The position numbers and the translations under genes were made by a program. Of a DNA stretch of 64,000 nucleotides, positions 38,540 to 50,310 are shown in pieces. The stretch's first letter is position 1; the number at the start of each line of letters is the position of its first letter. Below the pieces are notes generated by a model. The model saw only the letters and a program-made list of their open reading frames with translations. It had not been told where the DNA came from and ran no database searches. Source of the stretch: Macrostomum lignano (Eukaryota). The DNA is taken from assembly GCA_002269645.1 (NCBI GenBank), contig NIVC01000065.1, forward strand, positions 1 through 64,000. The letters run 5' to 3'.

Positions 38540-39460
38540 TCTAATTTTTTAACATGTCATTTACCCCTAGTGCGCGGATGTACTCAGATCCCGACCCTGG
38601 ATATCCAGGTCCCTCATCCAGATGACTCATCGGATGACTCGCTTCCTACGCCCAACCCGCTCCCTCTTCACCAAGCAGTGCTGGGGTAATTAAGGATGTG
38701 TGTGTGGCGACCCCCCCCCCAGTCCTTGGACTGAACAGCCGTACGCAGCCTTCAGATGCGCCGCGCAATAGCTGCGGCTGAGCTGTCGGTTGCAATCCAC
38801 AAGCCGTTTTACTCCTAATCATACTCGTATAATCAATTACACTAAAAATGGTCTGTCGGTAGGTATCTAGGTATGTGATCGATTATTGTCTTAGTTCGTC
38901 AGGGTGGTCCGCCGGTCCATCCTGCAGCGTGATCTTTCGTGGGGAAGAAAGTGGCTCGTCTTGTCGCCCAAAGGAACTGGATGAGCCATGGGATGCTGTT
39001 GGGCTGGCAGACCTCGTCAATGGACGGGTTCGGTCCGAGGTAGCGTAGCCGGTCTCTGGTAAAGAAGGGGCAGTGACAAACAAAGTGCTGAGCATCTTCG
39101 TTGTCGTATTCGCAAAAGGGGCAAAGTTCGCTCTCGAGGTCGCCTCAGAGGAAGCAGTGCCTGGCGAGGTAGCCGTGGCCCGTAAGGGTCATGACAAGGG
39201 CTCGAATATCCTTCCGATTTTGGTTCAGAAGGACGTTTCTGAGCCTGCGAGAGGGGCACGGAACCGCGGCACGTGATTGCCGGCAGTTTTGGGTGCCCGC
39301 CCATTGTCAGATCTGACGATTGATGACCGTCAAAGGGATAGGGACCAGCGGGGGGGGGGCAGGGTCAAAGAAAGAGCCAGAGCCGCCCCTCTTGGCGAGG
39401 TTGTCTACCAGCTTGTTCCGAGCTGCCGGACGCAGAATATACCACCTTTATTAAGAATGG
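38540..39460 (-). mobile_element. 3' fragment of an RNase H-bearing non-LTR retrotransposon (LOA/R1/I group)
   Basis: Minus-strand translation NKLVDNLAKRG (RNase H end), NCRQSR, LTGHGYLARH, CPFCEYDNEDAQHFVCHCP (C-terminal zinc knuckle), with internal stops; 3' boundary approximate. Confidence 0.75.
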
Positions 39461-40463
39461 GGGTTTGCAGCCTAGTGGTTGATTCACAACCGAAAGGTGG
39501 GGTGGGGGGGGTTTCGCGATTCTCGACCCACTCGGAACAATTTGTGTCCTTGAGTAAGACGTACTTTAGCTGTAAAGTGGGTTGCACATCTGCCCGTAAT
39601 GGCAGGTGTAATCAATAATAATATTAGTTTATGGTTTGCTACTTTAAACTGTGACAGGTATGGCTGAGTAGCACCATTTAAATCTGTAGTAAAAATGACC
39701 AACTTTGCAGAGATCTTCGGCTCTGTCTCCCTTGTCTCGTATAAATTCTAGTTCAAAACTACAAGCTTAGTGCAGTGTTTTCGCTATTCATTTTAGCCTA
39801 ACTGTAAACTGGGGTCCGCGACTATAGCCTCGAGATGATGGAGTCTGGGCGATTTTCTAGTGAGGCCCGGTACTGAATGATTCTCTGTTGTGATATTTTA
39901 TAATATCGACTGTAATAATAATTGCTGTTTAAGTACGAGTATATCTGGAACTTTTATAGTGCTCTCAGTGATAAATTGTAATAAACATAAAATATAACAC
40001 AATGGAAATATTCTAGCACAATTTATAAAAACTCTGACAAAAGCTGGAATGCAAGTGCATGCTATGAGGCTTCATATTGGTATCCATGCAAAAATAAGCC
40101 TTGAATGCTCTCTGTTTGCGCACGAGATCTTAACTCCTGTTACACCAAAAATATGTCCTTTGTGTTTATTTCATGAACTACCCTTGTAAAAATCAGCACC
40201 TTCAGCTAGCTGCGTACCATAATAATAATAATAATAATAATAATAGTAATAATAATAATACAGGGCTCGCGGTGACTGGAGTGACAGGACAGAATTGGGC
40301 GGCATGCATTGGAAAATACAGAACTTAACCAGAAAACGGTGTGTGGAATAAATAAAAAATATGGCAAATGGTTGGCATGCTGAGCTGTTTTAGGCCAGAA
40401 GAGATGAAACTAAAATGAAAGATAAATATTATTGATTAAACAAAACAGATTAAGAAATTGCTA

Positions 40464-41906
40464 TCACTTCCGCCCGATCCTGTCAAATATGGCAGCGACG
40501 GAATTAATAGATGCGCGTGGATTCAACTGTCTGCATCTTCCGCACCAAACGTAATTTAAAATATTGTTGAATTGGCTCCGAGTTAAACGCCTCCGACGAG
40601 GACAAACTACAACTAAAAAGAATGACAAAATAATCAGAATTGTAATTATCGACATGGGTACTTCAAAAAGAAGACTGTTGCTGGCTGACTCCTTAGAATT
40701 TGAAGCACTTGTTGTTGATGCATTTCGGCAGAACTTGGTCAATGTTAAAATACACTGGTTCAATTCCTTTGAGCCCATACTGACAGGTGCCGGGTTGGCA
40801 AAGCTCAGCAGGGATCTCATAGGGGTGCTACAATCCGAAAACGCGAGCTCCAGGGTTTTGCTGCTACCAATCTTCAGAGAGCCGCACTGGACGCTTGACG
40901 GCTCAGATCTGAAGGTTGAGCAAATTGGCAAACATAGGTATACTTATCAGTACATTGTAGAAATTTATCGTGTGTAATTGTACCTCGAGATTTCGGAGCC
41001 TTACCTGGATTCCTGACTCGGGTTTTCAAATCGTAAATTTAACTGCGCTGCAGAAATTCGTTCGCAGTTTGAGTCCCAAACCGAATCAGAGCAGCGAAAA
41101 ACTCCGAATCTCACGCGTCTGCTCGAATCCAGTGGCATCGCATCTTCAAGCGCATCTGCAATGCGTCAGTATGAGCACAAAACATCAGTTGAGCACAAAA
41201 CATCTGTATGAGCACAAAACATCAGTATGAGCACAAAACATCAGTATGAGTACAAAATATCAGTATAAGCACAGAACAGAATGATAACTTTTGGGTTGCC
41301 GTGCGCTTTGCGATTTGCGTTTTCACCCACTTCCTCAATTATCTATCTTTTTCAGCACTGTACCCATGAGCAATGACCAGCATGAGCAACAGCTCAGCAC
41401 TGTACCCATGAGCAATGACCAGCATGAGCAGCAGCTCAGCACTGTACCCATGAGCAATGACCAGCATGAGCAGCAGCTCAGCACTGTACCCATGAGCAAT
41501 GACCAGCATGAGCAGCAGCTCAGCACTCACTGTCCCTCATCAGCTCATCCAGCTGCTCCTTCCCGGAGATCGCAGCCAGCTCAACTCCAGTTCCGCTCAG
41601 ATCCGACAGCCGCAGCTCCGAGTCGGAGATGAAGAGGCAGCGGCCCCGATGCAGCAGCATGTGCCTGCCGCAGAAGCCCTTCTTGGCCACCGCGATGGTC
41701 AGCTCGATGCGCCCGCAGCTCGCGCTCGGCTCGGAGTCGCCCGTCGAAAACCGGACCGTCAGCAGCTGCGAGCTGCAGGACAGAAACACATCGGACCAAC
41801 ACAGTCAGTCAGCGCAATGTTACATAAACTAGTCAAGAGGCCACCAGCTGCTTTTAAATGCAAAATCAGAATAATACCTGTTGGTCACAGGGACTACCAA
41901 GGGTGC
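40464..41906 (-). pseudogene. CUB/C-type-lectin/TM receptor copy 1, 5'-truncated: partial B 41878-41906, C 41531-41772, D 41005-41155, E 40464-40908
   Basis: Exons C-D-E splice in frame with GT-AG sites and encode a TM helix plus RRRR; similarity to exon B stops at 41906 and no exon A is present. Confidence 0.7.
41354..41525. repeat. 42-bp minisatellite (agcactgtacccatgagcaatgaccagcatgagcagcagctc); also at 43660-43770, 49070-49465, 54540-54848 and 61497-61570
   Basis: Same unit immediately follows the exon C donor in all five receptor copies, with variable copy number. Confidence 0.95.
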
Positions 41907-42517
41907 ACCTCCGTAGCGTCTTCTGCTGTAACACACATTCCACTTTGTGACGAATATTTGATCTGACGTAATTGAGTTCGCGTGCTAACGGGCTGCTACA
42001 TGTACGCAAATTAGTGACGAACACGTAGAAGCTTGATTGTGATCGATGACGAACTGGCCGATTATTCAATTATTTGTATTTTCTCTCAAACATGGATGTT
42101 AGTAGTATAATAATCACATAAAACTGATAGCAGACAAACAATCGAATCAGGTTGGGGTGGTTTCGGAGGTTATGATCTTGTGGGAAAACACGGTACTTAG
42201 GTTGGGCGCAGTTCTATATCTGGCGGGTAGCGTTCATTAATAATGCTTGCAGTAATGAACTTGCTAGCACGCAAAAAATACAAAGCGTACAAAAGTTACA
42301 CTTCAGACAGAGGGCTGACGGAGTGAACAGCCGTTCTAAAAAATACGCAAAAAAAAATTGTATGACGTCATCACAACTGACGTCATCACAAATAAATTGT
42401 GATGACGTCAGTTTTAGCAGTCAGGTAACTCAGGTAAGTCAGGTACTCACCATACTTTTTCATATGGCACCGATCGTCTCTTTCCAGAACAAACATAGTG
42501 TGATTTAAAATCAACAA

Positions 42518-44576
42518 CTAAGATCTTAAAGGGATTCCAGACAATGAATCAAAGGGTTTGGACCTTCTAGATTTGCGACGACGTCCTTGTCGCTTAAAAA
42601 CAAAAAATTTAACAGCAACTACCAGAATCACGGCCAACACTAGCAGTGAGACTGTCACAGACACAAATAAAGCTATCAGATCAGTTTTATCTGAACTGTC
42701 CGTTTCTTTATCAGTTGATTCTTTAAAAATCACATGCATGCTCAAATCTTTACAGCTGGTTATTGTGGATTCCAAGCAGTTGGAGTTGTGTTGCAAATCT
42801 TGATTGATTGGCTCAATTAGGAAGCTCAGCAACAGATGCTGCGGCTGGTCGCAATCAATGAATGACAATTTTAGTTTCTCCGAATCGTCAGGTTCAGCAC
42901 TGATTGATGCGCAGTCTACCTGTGATGAGATGGACTGGTTCCTGGAATGATTAATTAGGTAATATGGTGTTTACATTTTCTTAAACAGCCAAGGACTGCC
43001 AATAACAGCCAGGAATCACTCAGGTAGCCAAGGACTCATTGGGAATCGCTCAGGTAGCCAAGGACTCAATGGGAATCGCTCAGGTAGCCAAGGACTCAAT
43101 GGTAATCGCTCAGGTAGCCAAGGACTCAATGGGAATCGCTCAGGTAGCCAAGGACTCAATGGGAATCGCTCAGGTAGCCAAGGACTCAATGGGAATCGCT
43201 CAGGTAGCCAAGGACTCATTGGGAATCGCTCAGGTAGTCAAGGACTCAATGGGAATCGCTCAGGTAGCCAAGGACTCAATGGGAATCGCTCAGGTAGCCA
43301 AGGACTCAATGGGAATCGCTCAGGTAATCAAGGACTCAATGGGAATTGCTCAGGTAGCCAAGGACTCAAGATACAGTCTTTAGCGTGAACTTAAAATCAT
43401 AGCCCTGTACGTCTATGGAACGAAAAGCAACGAACCGTCGAGTAAAGGACTCCTGAGCAGCCCCAGTCGTGCTGAAATTCCCGATCACGCACAAACTGGA
43501 GCTCACTGTCTGTGCAACCTGCGTCCATTGAATGATTTTGTTGCAACGAAACACCGCCACTCTCACAGGTCTGGTCAGGTTTAAGGGTCTGATGAATGGG
43601 TGCGCGTTCGTTCTGTCATCATCTGAAATAACGGCGGTTATAAACTGTACACTTGAGCAATACCAGCATGAGCAGCAGCTCAGCACTGTACCCATGAGCA
43701 ATGACCAGCATGAGCAGCAGCTCAGCACTGTACCCATGAGGAATGACCAGCATGAGCAGCAGCTCAGCACTCACTGTCCCTCATCAGCTCATGCAGCTGC
43801 TCCGTCCCGGAGATCGCAGCCAGCTCAACTCCAGTTCCGCTCAGATCCGACAGCCGCAGCTCCGAGCCGGAGATGAAGAGGCAGCGGCCCCGATGCAGCA
43901 GCATGTGCCTGCCGCAGAAGCCCTTCTTGGCCACCGCGATGGTCAGCTCGATGCGACCGCAGCTCGCGCTCGGCTCGAAGTCGCCCGTCGAAAACCGGAC
44001 CGTCCGCAGCTGCGAGCTGCAGGACAGAAACACACCGGACCAACACAGTCAGTCAGCGCAATGTTACATAAACTAGTCAAGAAGCCACCAGCTGCTTCTA
44101 AAAGCAAAATCAGAATCATACCTGTTGGTCACAGGGACTACCAAGGGTGCCTTCGGCGGCAGGTCCCGATTGTGCCATGCCTTGCTGAAGCTGGATCCTG
44201 CAAAGTGCAATCCATAACTGAGTCATTAATTACTCATAATATTCACTCTTGACCTCCGCCATGACCTTGAATCCAGCTTGCCTGTCAGTTCCACCGTGAG
44301 GCTCCAATCGCAGCTCGGTGGATTGCCATCGGGCATCGCCGCCTCAGATCCGCCTCTTTTCCGAGCGATATTCAAGATGAAATTGCCCGGCTCGATCAGG
44401 TTGGCCGGCGGTTTCACTTCCCATAGGCAGGTCTGCGATGCAGTCAATTCGCTCTGGTCCCTGTTGCGTGTGTCCAGGGTTACCGTCTCGCCGTCCCTCA
44501 GTTTCAGCTCATATCCTGAACTGTAGCACTGGTGCAGCTCAGCGAGTGCCCTGGGGAACAGATAGTGCGCAAGCAT
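42518..44576 (-). CDS. CUB-like + degenerate C-type lectin type I membrane protein, copy 2: complement join(42518..42941,43436..43622,43775..44016,44122..44197,44282..44576), 407 aa
   Basis: Continuous frame over five exons, with a GC-AG first intron. CUB-like C...CLWEV...CDW.L...VRFSTGD; CTLD-like C..H...RCLF...LAAI, VRVAVF, C-x-C; TM LIALFVSVTVSLLVLAVILVVAV followed by a basic stretch. The D exon donor is the least certain site. Confidence 0.72.
43010..43370. repeat. Intronic minisatellite, 30 bp (gggaatcgctcaggtagccaaggactcaat)
   Basis: Only in the D-E intron of copy 2. Confidence 0.95.
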
Positions 44577-45799
44577 GAAGGTGGATGACACGTATGGCCC
44601 GTTCTTTATGGATCAGATCTAAGCAGCAAATCTGGTTGGCTGTCAAGGAAGCCAGTGTTAATAATTAAAAAAGAACAAACTTCAAATTCCATTAGCTATG
44701 AAGGCTTTCTTTTCTTTTCTTTTCTTATACATCATACTTTCTGCATCAGAAAAATAACACTAGCAGTTCGATGCAAGTGCCTCCCCATTTCCAAAGCAAT
44801 TTTTGCTAATCCCAAACCATAATAATGCAATCCTCACTGGTCGTATTGCTCACATTACATTGAGAACCAAGTGCTTACTTACCATCGAATTTGAGTCTGA
44901 GCTACCACGATGAGCAGGAGAAATGCAAGTAGTTGTTTGCTGCACATCTGAAGCAGATTTTAATAAAATGCTACTGAAAAATTGCTAGAACTAATAAACT
45001 AATTACCTAATCAACTACTGCTATTTGCAGACTAACTAAACAGACAATTTACAATTACAAAGCAATTTTTAAACGTTAAAAAGCAATCAAATGTGTATTA
45101 TAACAACAAAAAATAAGACTCTAAAGACTTGTGCTAATTTGAATTCCGCAGGGTTTTGGCCAGTGCCGATAGAAAGTTACACCCTCAGAATTCAAACACC
45201 AATCTGATGTCGGCTGAAATATTCCAAGAAATGCGATACATACAGCTCTGAATCCCTCCCTCATGCGCGCACTTTTCAGATAATGCCCACTGCGCTGCCT
45301 TTCCGTCTTCTGTCGGGAGTGTCTGGCAGAGAGGCGCCAGACTGTTTTGCGCGGGCGCTGTAATGCCTGCTACAAAGCACGTTATTGTTTCCATCTTTAG
45401 TCAGTCCATTGCTGGCTACACTGTACAGTGTAAATTTTCTGAGTAGTATACTTTCAGGAGAGTGTAGCCTATGACAGTACCAAACACCGTCTTTCTACAA
45501 ACAAACGAATGCACTTGACAGTTTAGTAGGCTACGTCTACACTGCATGCACTGTACAGAGTTGGTGGACATTCGCAAATTGGAGCGATATTTTTGTTTAT
45601 CTCGATTGGCTAGGATTATTTTTTGGTCAGGTGGTGGGGATCTGAAGACAGGTGGACTTGATTGACTTGACTCGGCTTAGCTGCAGAGGCTATGTCGTAC
45701 ACTGCATGCACTGTACAGAGTTGGTAATGTGTGGGGATTTGTAGACAGGTGGACTTGGCTTGGCTTGTCTTAGCTGTAGGGGGCACCAACTGCAGAATA

Positions 45800-46150
45800 A
45801 TCTAGAACACCCGTTTCGCGAGCCCCTGACGACAGATAGCTACCATCGAAGTGATGTCGCTCAGGGGGGGGGTCAAGTGTCTCGCCTACAGCGCGGTCCT
45901 TTTCACCGGCGGTGGGGAAGAATTCAGCTCGTCCCGTATCCCTGAGGTACCGGGTGAGCAGCGGTATTCTCTCGGGCTTGCGAACATCGGAGAGAACCGC
46001 GTTTGGCCAGACTTGAGTGAGTCTGGCCTGGTGAAGACCACCCGGTAGTGCCAGACAAAGTGCTCAGCGTTTTCACTGGGTCAGCGATAAAAGTGGTGAG
46101 AAAAGATACCTTCGGTTGAGCCTAAGGAGGGGGGGACAGGGGACGGCCTT
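45800..46150 (-). mobile_element. Short LINE 3' remnant related to the 38.5-39.5 kb element; duplicated at about 51615-51965
   Basis: ENAEHFVWH and LTRYLRDTGRAEFFP align with EDAQHFVCH and LIQFLWATRRATFFP. Confidence 0.55.
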
Positions 46151-46509
46151 AAGACAGGTAAAGATCAACATAGCTCGTAGCGCTGATTGCACAGACCAGC
46201 TCCCTGTTCTACGTATTTGGAGTCACTATTCCATGTGAGTACAAGTGAGTGATTAGCGCAGCCCTCTATGGTGCAGTTTCGCTTTCAATTAGCTACTGAT
46301 GCTGGGTTGAATCACTGAGTTACACATCGTGAAATGTGACAGGAGTGTGACAACTTTTTGTAGCAGATGATGCTCACTATACAATAAAATATTTACATGA
46401 AATTCATCCATAAGTGCAGTTAAATTTAGCGGTAAAATTATCAAAAAATGACAACATAAAAGAAGCATCATTTCAAAAATGAAGCATTATGTCGAACATA
46501 AACCATTAA

Positions 46510-46930
46510 TTTGGGAATTGCTGCGATGTCAGAGCTTAGGGGGAATTGCTGAGATGTCAAGACTTATGGGGAATTGCTGAGATTTCAAGGCTTAGAGGGG
46601 AATTGATGAGATGTCAAGACTTATGGGGAATTGCTGAGATTTCAAGGCTTAGAGGGAAATTGATGAGATGTCAAGGCTTATGGGGAATTGCTGAGATTTC
46701 AAGGCTTAGGGGAAATTGATGAGATGTCAAGGCTTAGAGGGGAGTTGATGAGATGTCAAGGCTTAGAGGGGAATTGATGAGATGTCAAGGCTTAGAGGGG
46801 AATTGATGAGATGTCAAGGCTTAGGGGAAATTGATGAGATGTCAAGGCTTAGAGGGGAATTGATGAGACGTCAAGGCTTAGAGGGGAATCACTGCGATGT
46901 CAAGACTTACAGTGGAATTGCTGAGATGTT
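46510..46930. repeat. 29-30 bp minisatellite (gaattgatgagatgtcaaggcttagagggg); longer paralog at 52320-52890
   Basis: Tandem array in both duplicated blocks with different lengths. Confidence 0.93.
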
Positions 46931-47519
46931 AAGACTGAAAGTTCAGAAGCGACATGCATTTTATTCAAAAATATTTATTCTTCTTTTTGTTGGCTCCCCA
47001 AAGGGGAGGGCGATTGCTAGTATAAGCTAAAATTATTGAACGCTTTCTCTATACGTGCGCAGGTACTACTTACACGAGTAATAACGTTGACAAATTCTCT
47101 TTGAGTACCAGGGCCGGTCCAGACTTCTATCGTCACTTTTACCGATTCAGACAGCATGAAAATTCAACGATATCAATTCGAATTTAAAATGCAGAACAAG
47201 TTTCTCATAGCGTCCTCTGCTGTAACACAGATTCCACTCTGCAAGACTACAACAGCCGAGCCCCAAGAGACATCACCTCCCAAGCCACAAAATTTAAAAA
47301 GTTAAATAAAGTATTGCCAACCACCTTCAGCAAACATAAAAGTACAACCCATTGAAGTAACCCAAAATACACATTAAATATTCCCAGCGAATACCAGCTG
47401 AAGAACTGGGGAGACAAAGGAACTGTCAACGTCACAATTTAGGCCAATAACTCAACTAGCATTGATATCAGTAGTTTGTCAAAAGTGCGAAAATCCTATC
47501 CTTGGTTATAAAGTAAATT

Positions 47520-48225
47520 CTGTAAAAAATACGCAAAAGATACAAAGCGTACAAAAGTTACACCTCAGAAAGAGGGCTGTACGGAGCAAACAGCCTTTCT
47601 AAAAAAATATGAAAAAATACGAAGCGTACACAAGTTACACCTCAGAAAGAGGGCTGTGCGGAGCAAACAGCCTTTCTAAAAAAATATGAAAGAATACGAA
47701 GCGTACACAAGTTACACCTCAGAAAGAGGGCTGTGCGGAGTAAACAGTCTTTATGTAAAAATATGAAAGAATACGAAGCGTACACAAGTTACACCTCAGA
47801 AAGAGGGCTGTGCGGAGTAAACAGTCTTTATGTAAAAATATGAAAGAATACGAAGCGTACACAAGTTACACCTCAGAAAGAGGGCTGTGCGGAGTAAACA
47901 GTCTTTATGTAAAAATATGAAAGAATACGAAGCGTACACAAGTTACACCTCAGAAAGAGGGCTGTGCGGAGTAAACAGTCTTTATGTAAAAATATGAAAG
48001 AATACGAAGCGTACACAAGTTACACCTCAGAAAGAGGGCTGTGCGGAGTAAACAGTCTTTATGTAAAAATATGAAAGAATACGAAGCGTACACAAGTTAC
48101 ACCTCAGAAAGAGGGCTGTGCGGAGTAAACAGTCTTTCTATAAAAATACGCAAAAATACAAGGTGTACAAAAGTTACACCTCAGAAAGAGGGCTGTAAAA
48201 AGTAAAGAGCCTTTCTATAAATATA
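47520..48225. repeat. 77-bp tandem repeat (aagttacacctcagaaagagggctgtgcggagtaaacag...); short copies at about 42270-42350 and 53500-53670
   Basis: Period 77 measured between 47709 and 47786; lies just downstream of the E exons of copies 2, 3 and 4. Confidence 0.92.
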
Positions 48226-48375
48226 TGCAACTCATGCTCATGCTCATGAAAACACACGCTATTACAATACATAAGGAAACGCACTTGCGGCGAATCGAGC
48301 CACCAATAAAATAGTGTGTATAGCTGACTGCTGTGATTGCCAGTTGTTTGAAGGTCTATAAAAAAGCTGCTAGTT

Positions 48376-50310
48376 TCACAGTAGTGAAGTACATGTACAT
48401 CGACGAGTAATTGTGGGACTGAGCCGCCGACGCCTCAGTACGAGTATTAGCACAAAAGCTGCCACCATGACTAAAATAATAAAAACCACTCCAGCAATCC
48501 AACTATGATCAGTAATCGTATTGCCATTCAGCAACGGATACCGACAGACAGATTGCACTAGATGACCACAGTTGCTCTTCTCGCCGACTGCAGCTGTGCC
48601 ACCGTTGAAGCTCAGCAGGGACTTCATCGGCGAGTTGCAGTCGAAGAAGGCGAGCATCCAGCTTCCTTTGTTGGTTCGGCGCACGGAAGCGCAATGCAAA
48701 CTTGACGATGGCGAGCTTCTGTGTTGGAGTTGGCATTGTGCATGGTTTTTTTGTGCTGGGTTATGGTTTACACTAAAAGTACCAGCTATATATAAACAAC
48801 TTGATTAGATACAAATACTGAAATCATTAGAAAAAAATCAAACCTCAAACGCTGATGCTCTTCTAGAACTGTGTAGTTAAAGTCTTTAGGGACACACTTT
48901 CCTTCGCTGGAGTTCCAGTACCTCGGCTGCTTTGAGCCCGCACAAAGAAACACACCGACTCTCACTGGACTGCTCAGATCCAGTGACTCGGCATGCTCAT
49001 CTGCAATTTGAAGCCCAGGTAAATCCTATCAGAGATATCAAGTTCAAGCAGCAGCACCTAGAAATACCAGTATGAGCAGCAGCTCAGCACTGTACCCATG
49101 GGCAATGACCAGCATGAGCAACAGCTCAACACTGTACCCATGAGCAATGACCAGCATGAGCAGCAGCTCAGCACTGTACCCATGAGCAATGACCAGCATG
49201 AGCAGCAGCTCAGCACTGTACCTATGGGCAATGACCAGCATGAGCAGCAGCTCAGCACTGTACCCATGAGCAATGACCAGCATGAGCAGCAGCTCAGCAC
49301 TGTACCCATGAGCAATGACCAGCATGAGCAGCAGCTCAACACTGTACCCATGAGCAATGACCAGCATGAGCAGCGCTCAACACTGTACCCATGAGCATTG
49401 ACCAGCATGAGCAGCAGCTCAACACTGTACCCATGAGCAATGACCAGCATGAGCAGTAGCTCAGCACTCACTGTCCCTCATCAGCTCATCCAGCTGCTCC
49501 TTCCCGGAGATCGCAGCCAGCTCAACTCCAGTCCCGCTCAGATCCGACAGCCGCAGCTCCGAGTCGGAGATGAAGAGGCAGCGGCCCCGATGCAGCAGCA
49601 TGTGCCTGCCGCAGAAGCCCTTCATGGCCACCGCGATGGTCAGCTCGATGCGACCGCAGCTCGCGCTCGGCTCGAAGTCGCCCGTTGAGAACCGGACCGT
49701 CAGCAGCTGCGAGCTGCAGGACAGAAACACACCGGACCAACACAGTCAGTCAGCGCAATGTTACATAAACTAGTCAAGAAGCCACCAGCTGCTTCTAAAA
49801 GCAAAATCAGAATCATACCTGTTGGTCACAGGGACTACCAAGGGTGCCTTCGGCGGCAGGTCCCGATTGTGCCATGCCTTGCTGAAGCTGGATCCTGCAA
49901 AGTGCAATCCATAACTGAGCTATTAATTACTCATAATATTCACTCTTGACCTCCGCCATGACCTTGAATCCGACTTGCCTGTCAGTTCCACCGTGAGGCT
50001 CCAATCGCAGCTCGGTGGATTGCCATCTGGCATCGCCGCCTCAGATCCGCCTCTTTTCCGAGCGATATTCAAGATGAAATTGCCCGGCTCGATCAGGTTG
50101 GCCGGCGGTTTCACTTCCCATAGGCAGGTCTGCGATGCAGTCAATTCGCTCTGGTCCCTGTTGCGTGTGTCCAGGGTTACCGTCTCGCCGTCCCTCATTT
50201 GCAGCAGGTGTCCTGAGCTGTGACACTGGTGCTGCTCAGCGAGTGTCCTGCATGGGGAACAGTTAGTGCGCAAGCATGAAGGCGGATGAAATGTATGGCA
50301 CGTTTTTCAT
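48376..50310 (-). pseudogene. Receptor copy 3: A to 49979, B 49819-49894, C 49472-49713, D 48844-49000, E 48376-48718; signal-peptide region disrupted
   Basis: Exons splice in frame, but TAT is changed to TAA (50263-50265) and there is a 4-nt length gain relative to copy 2 just after the ATGs at 50310 and 50277. Confidence 0.65.

Larger units (their letters stand above)
43660..47600. repeat. Recent segmental duplication; partner at about 49400-53640
   Basis: Near-identical exons C, B, A and about 3 kb of upstream sequence (e.g. 44741.. matches 50555..); the partner has an extra segment near 50390-50540. Confidence 0.93.

Noticed and set aside
47247-47435. Hydrophobic 62-aa ORF that might be a sixth TM exon (paralog near 53240-53430)
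   Set aside because: No family motifs (LLSF, NC-x-C) or usable splice sites; AT-rich composition explains the hydrophobicity.
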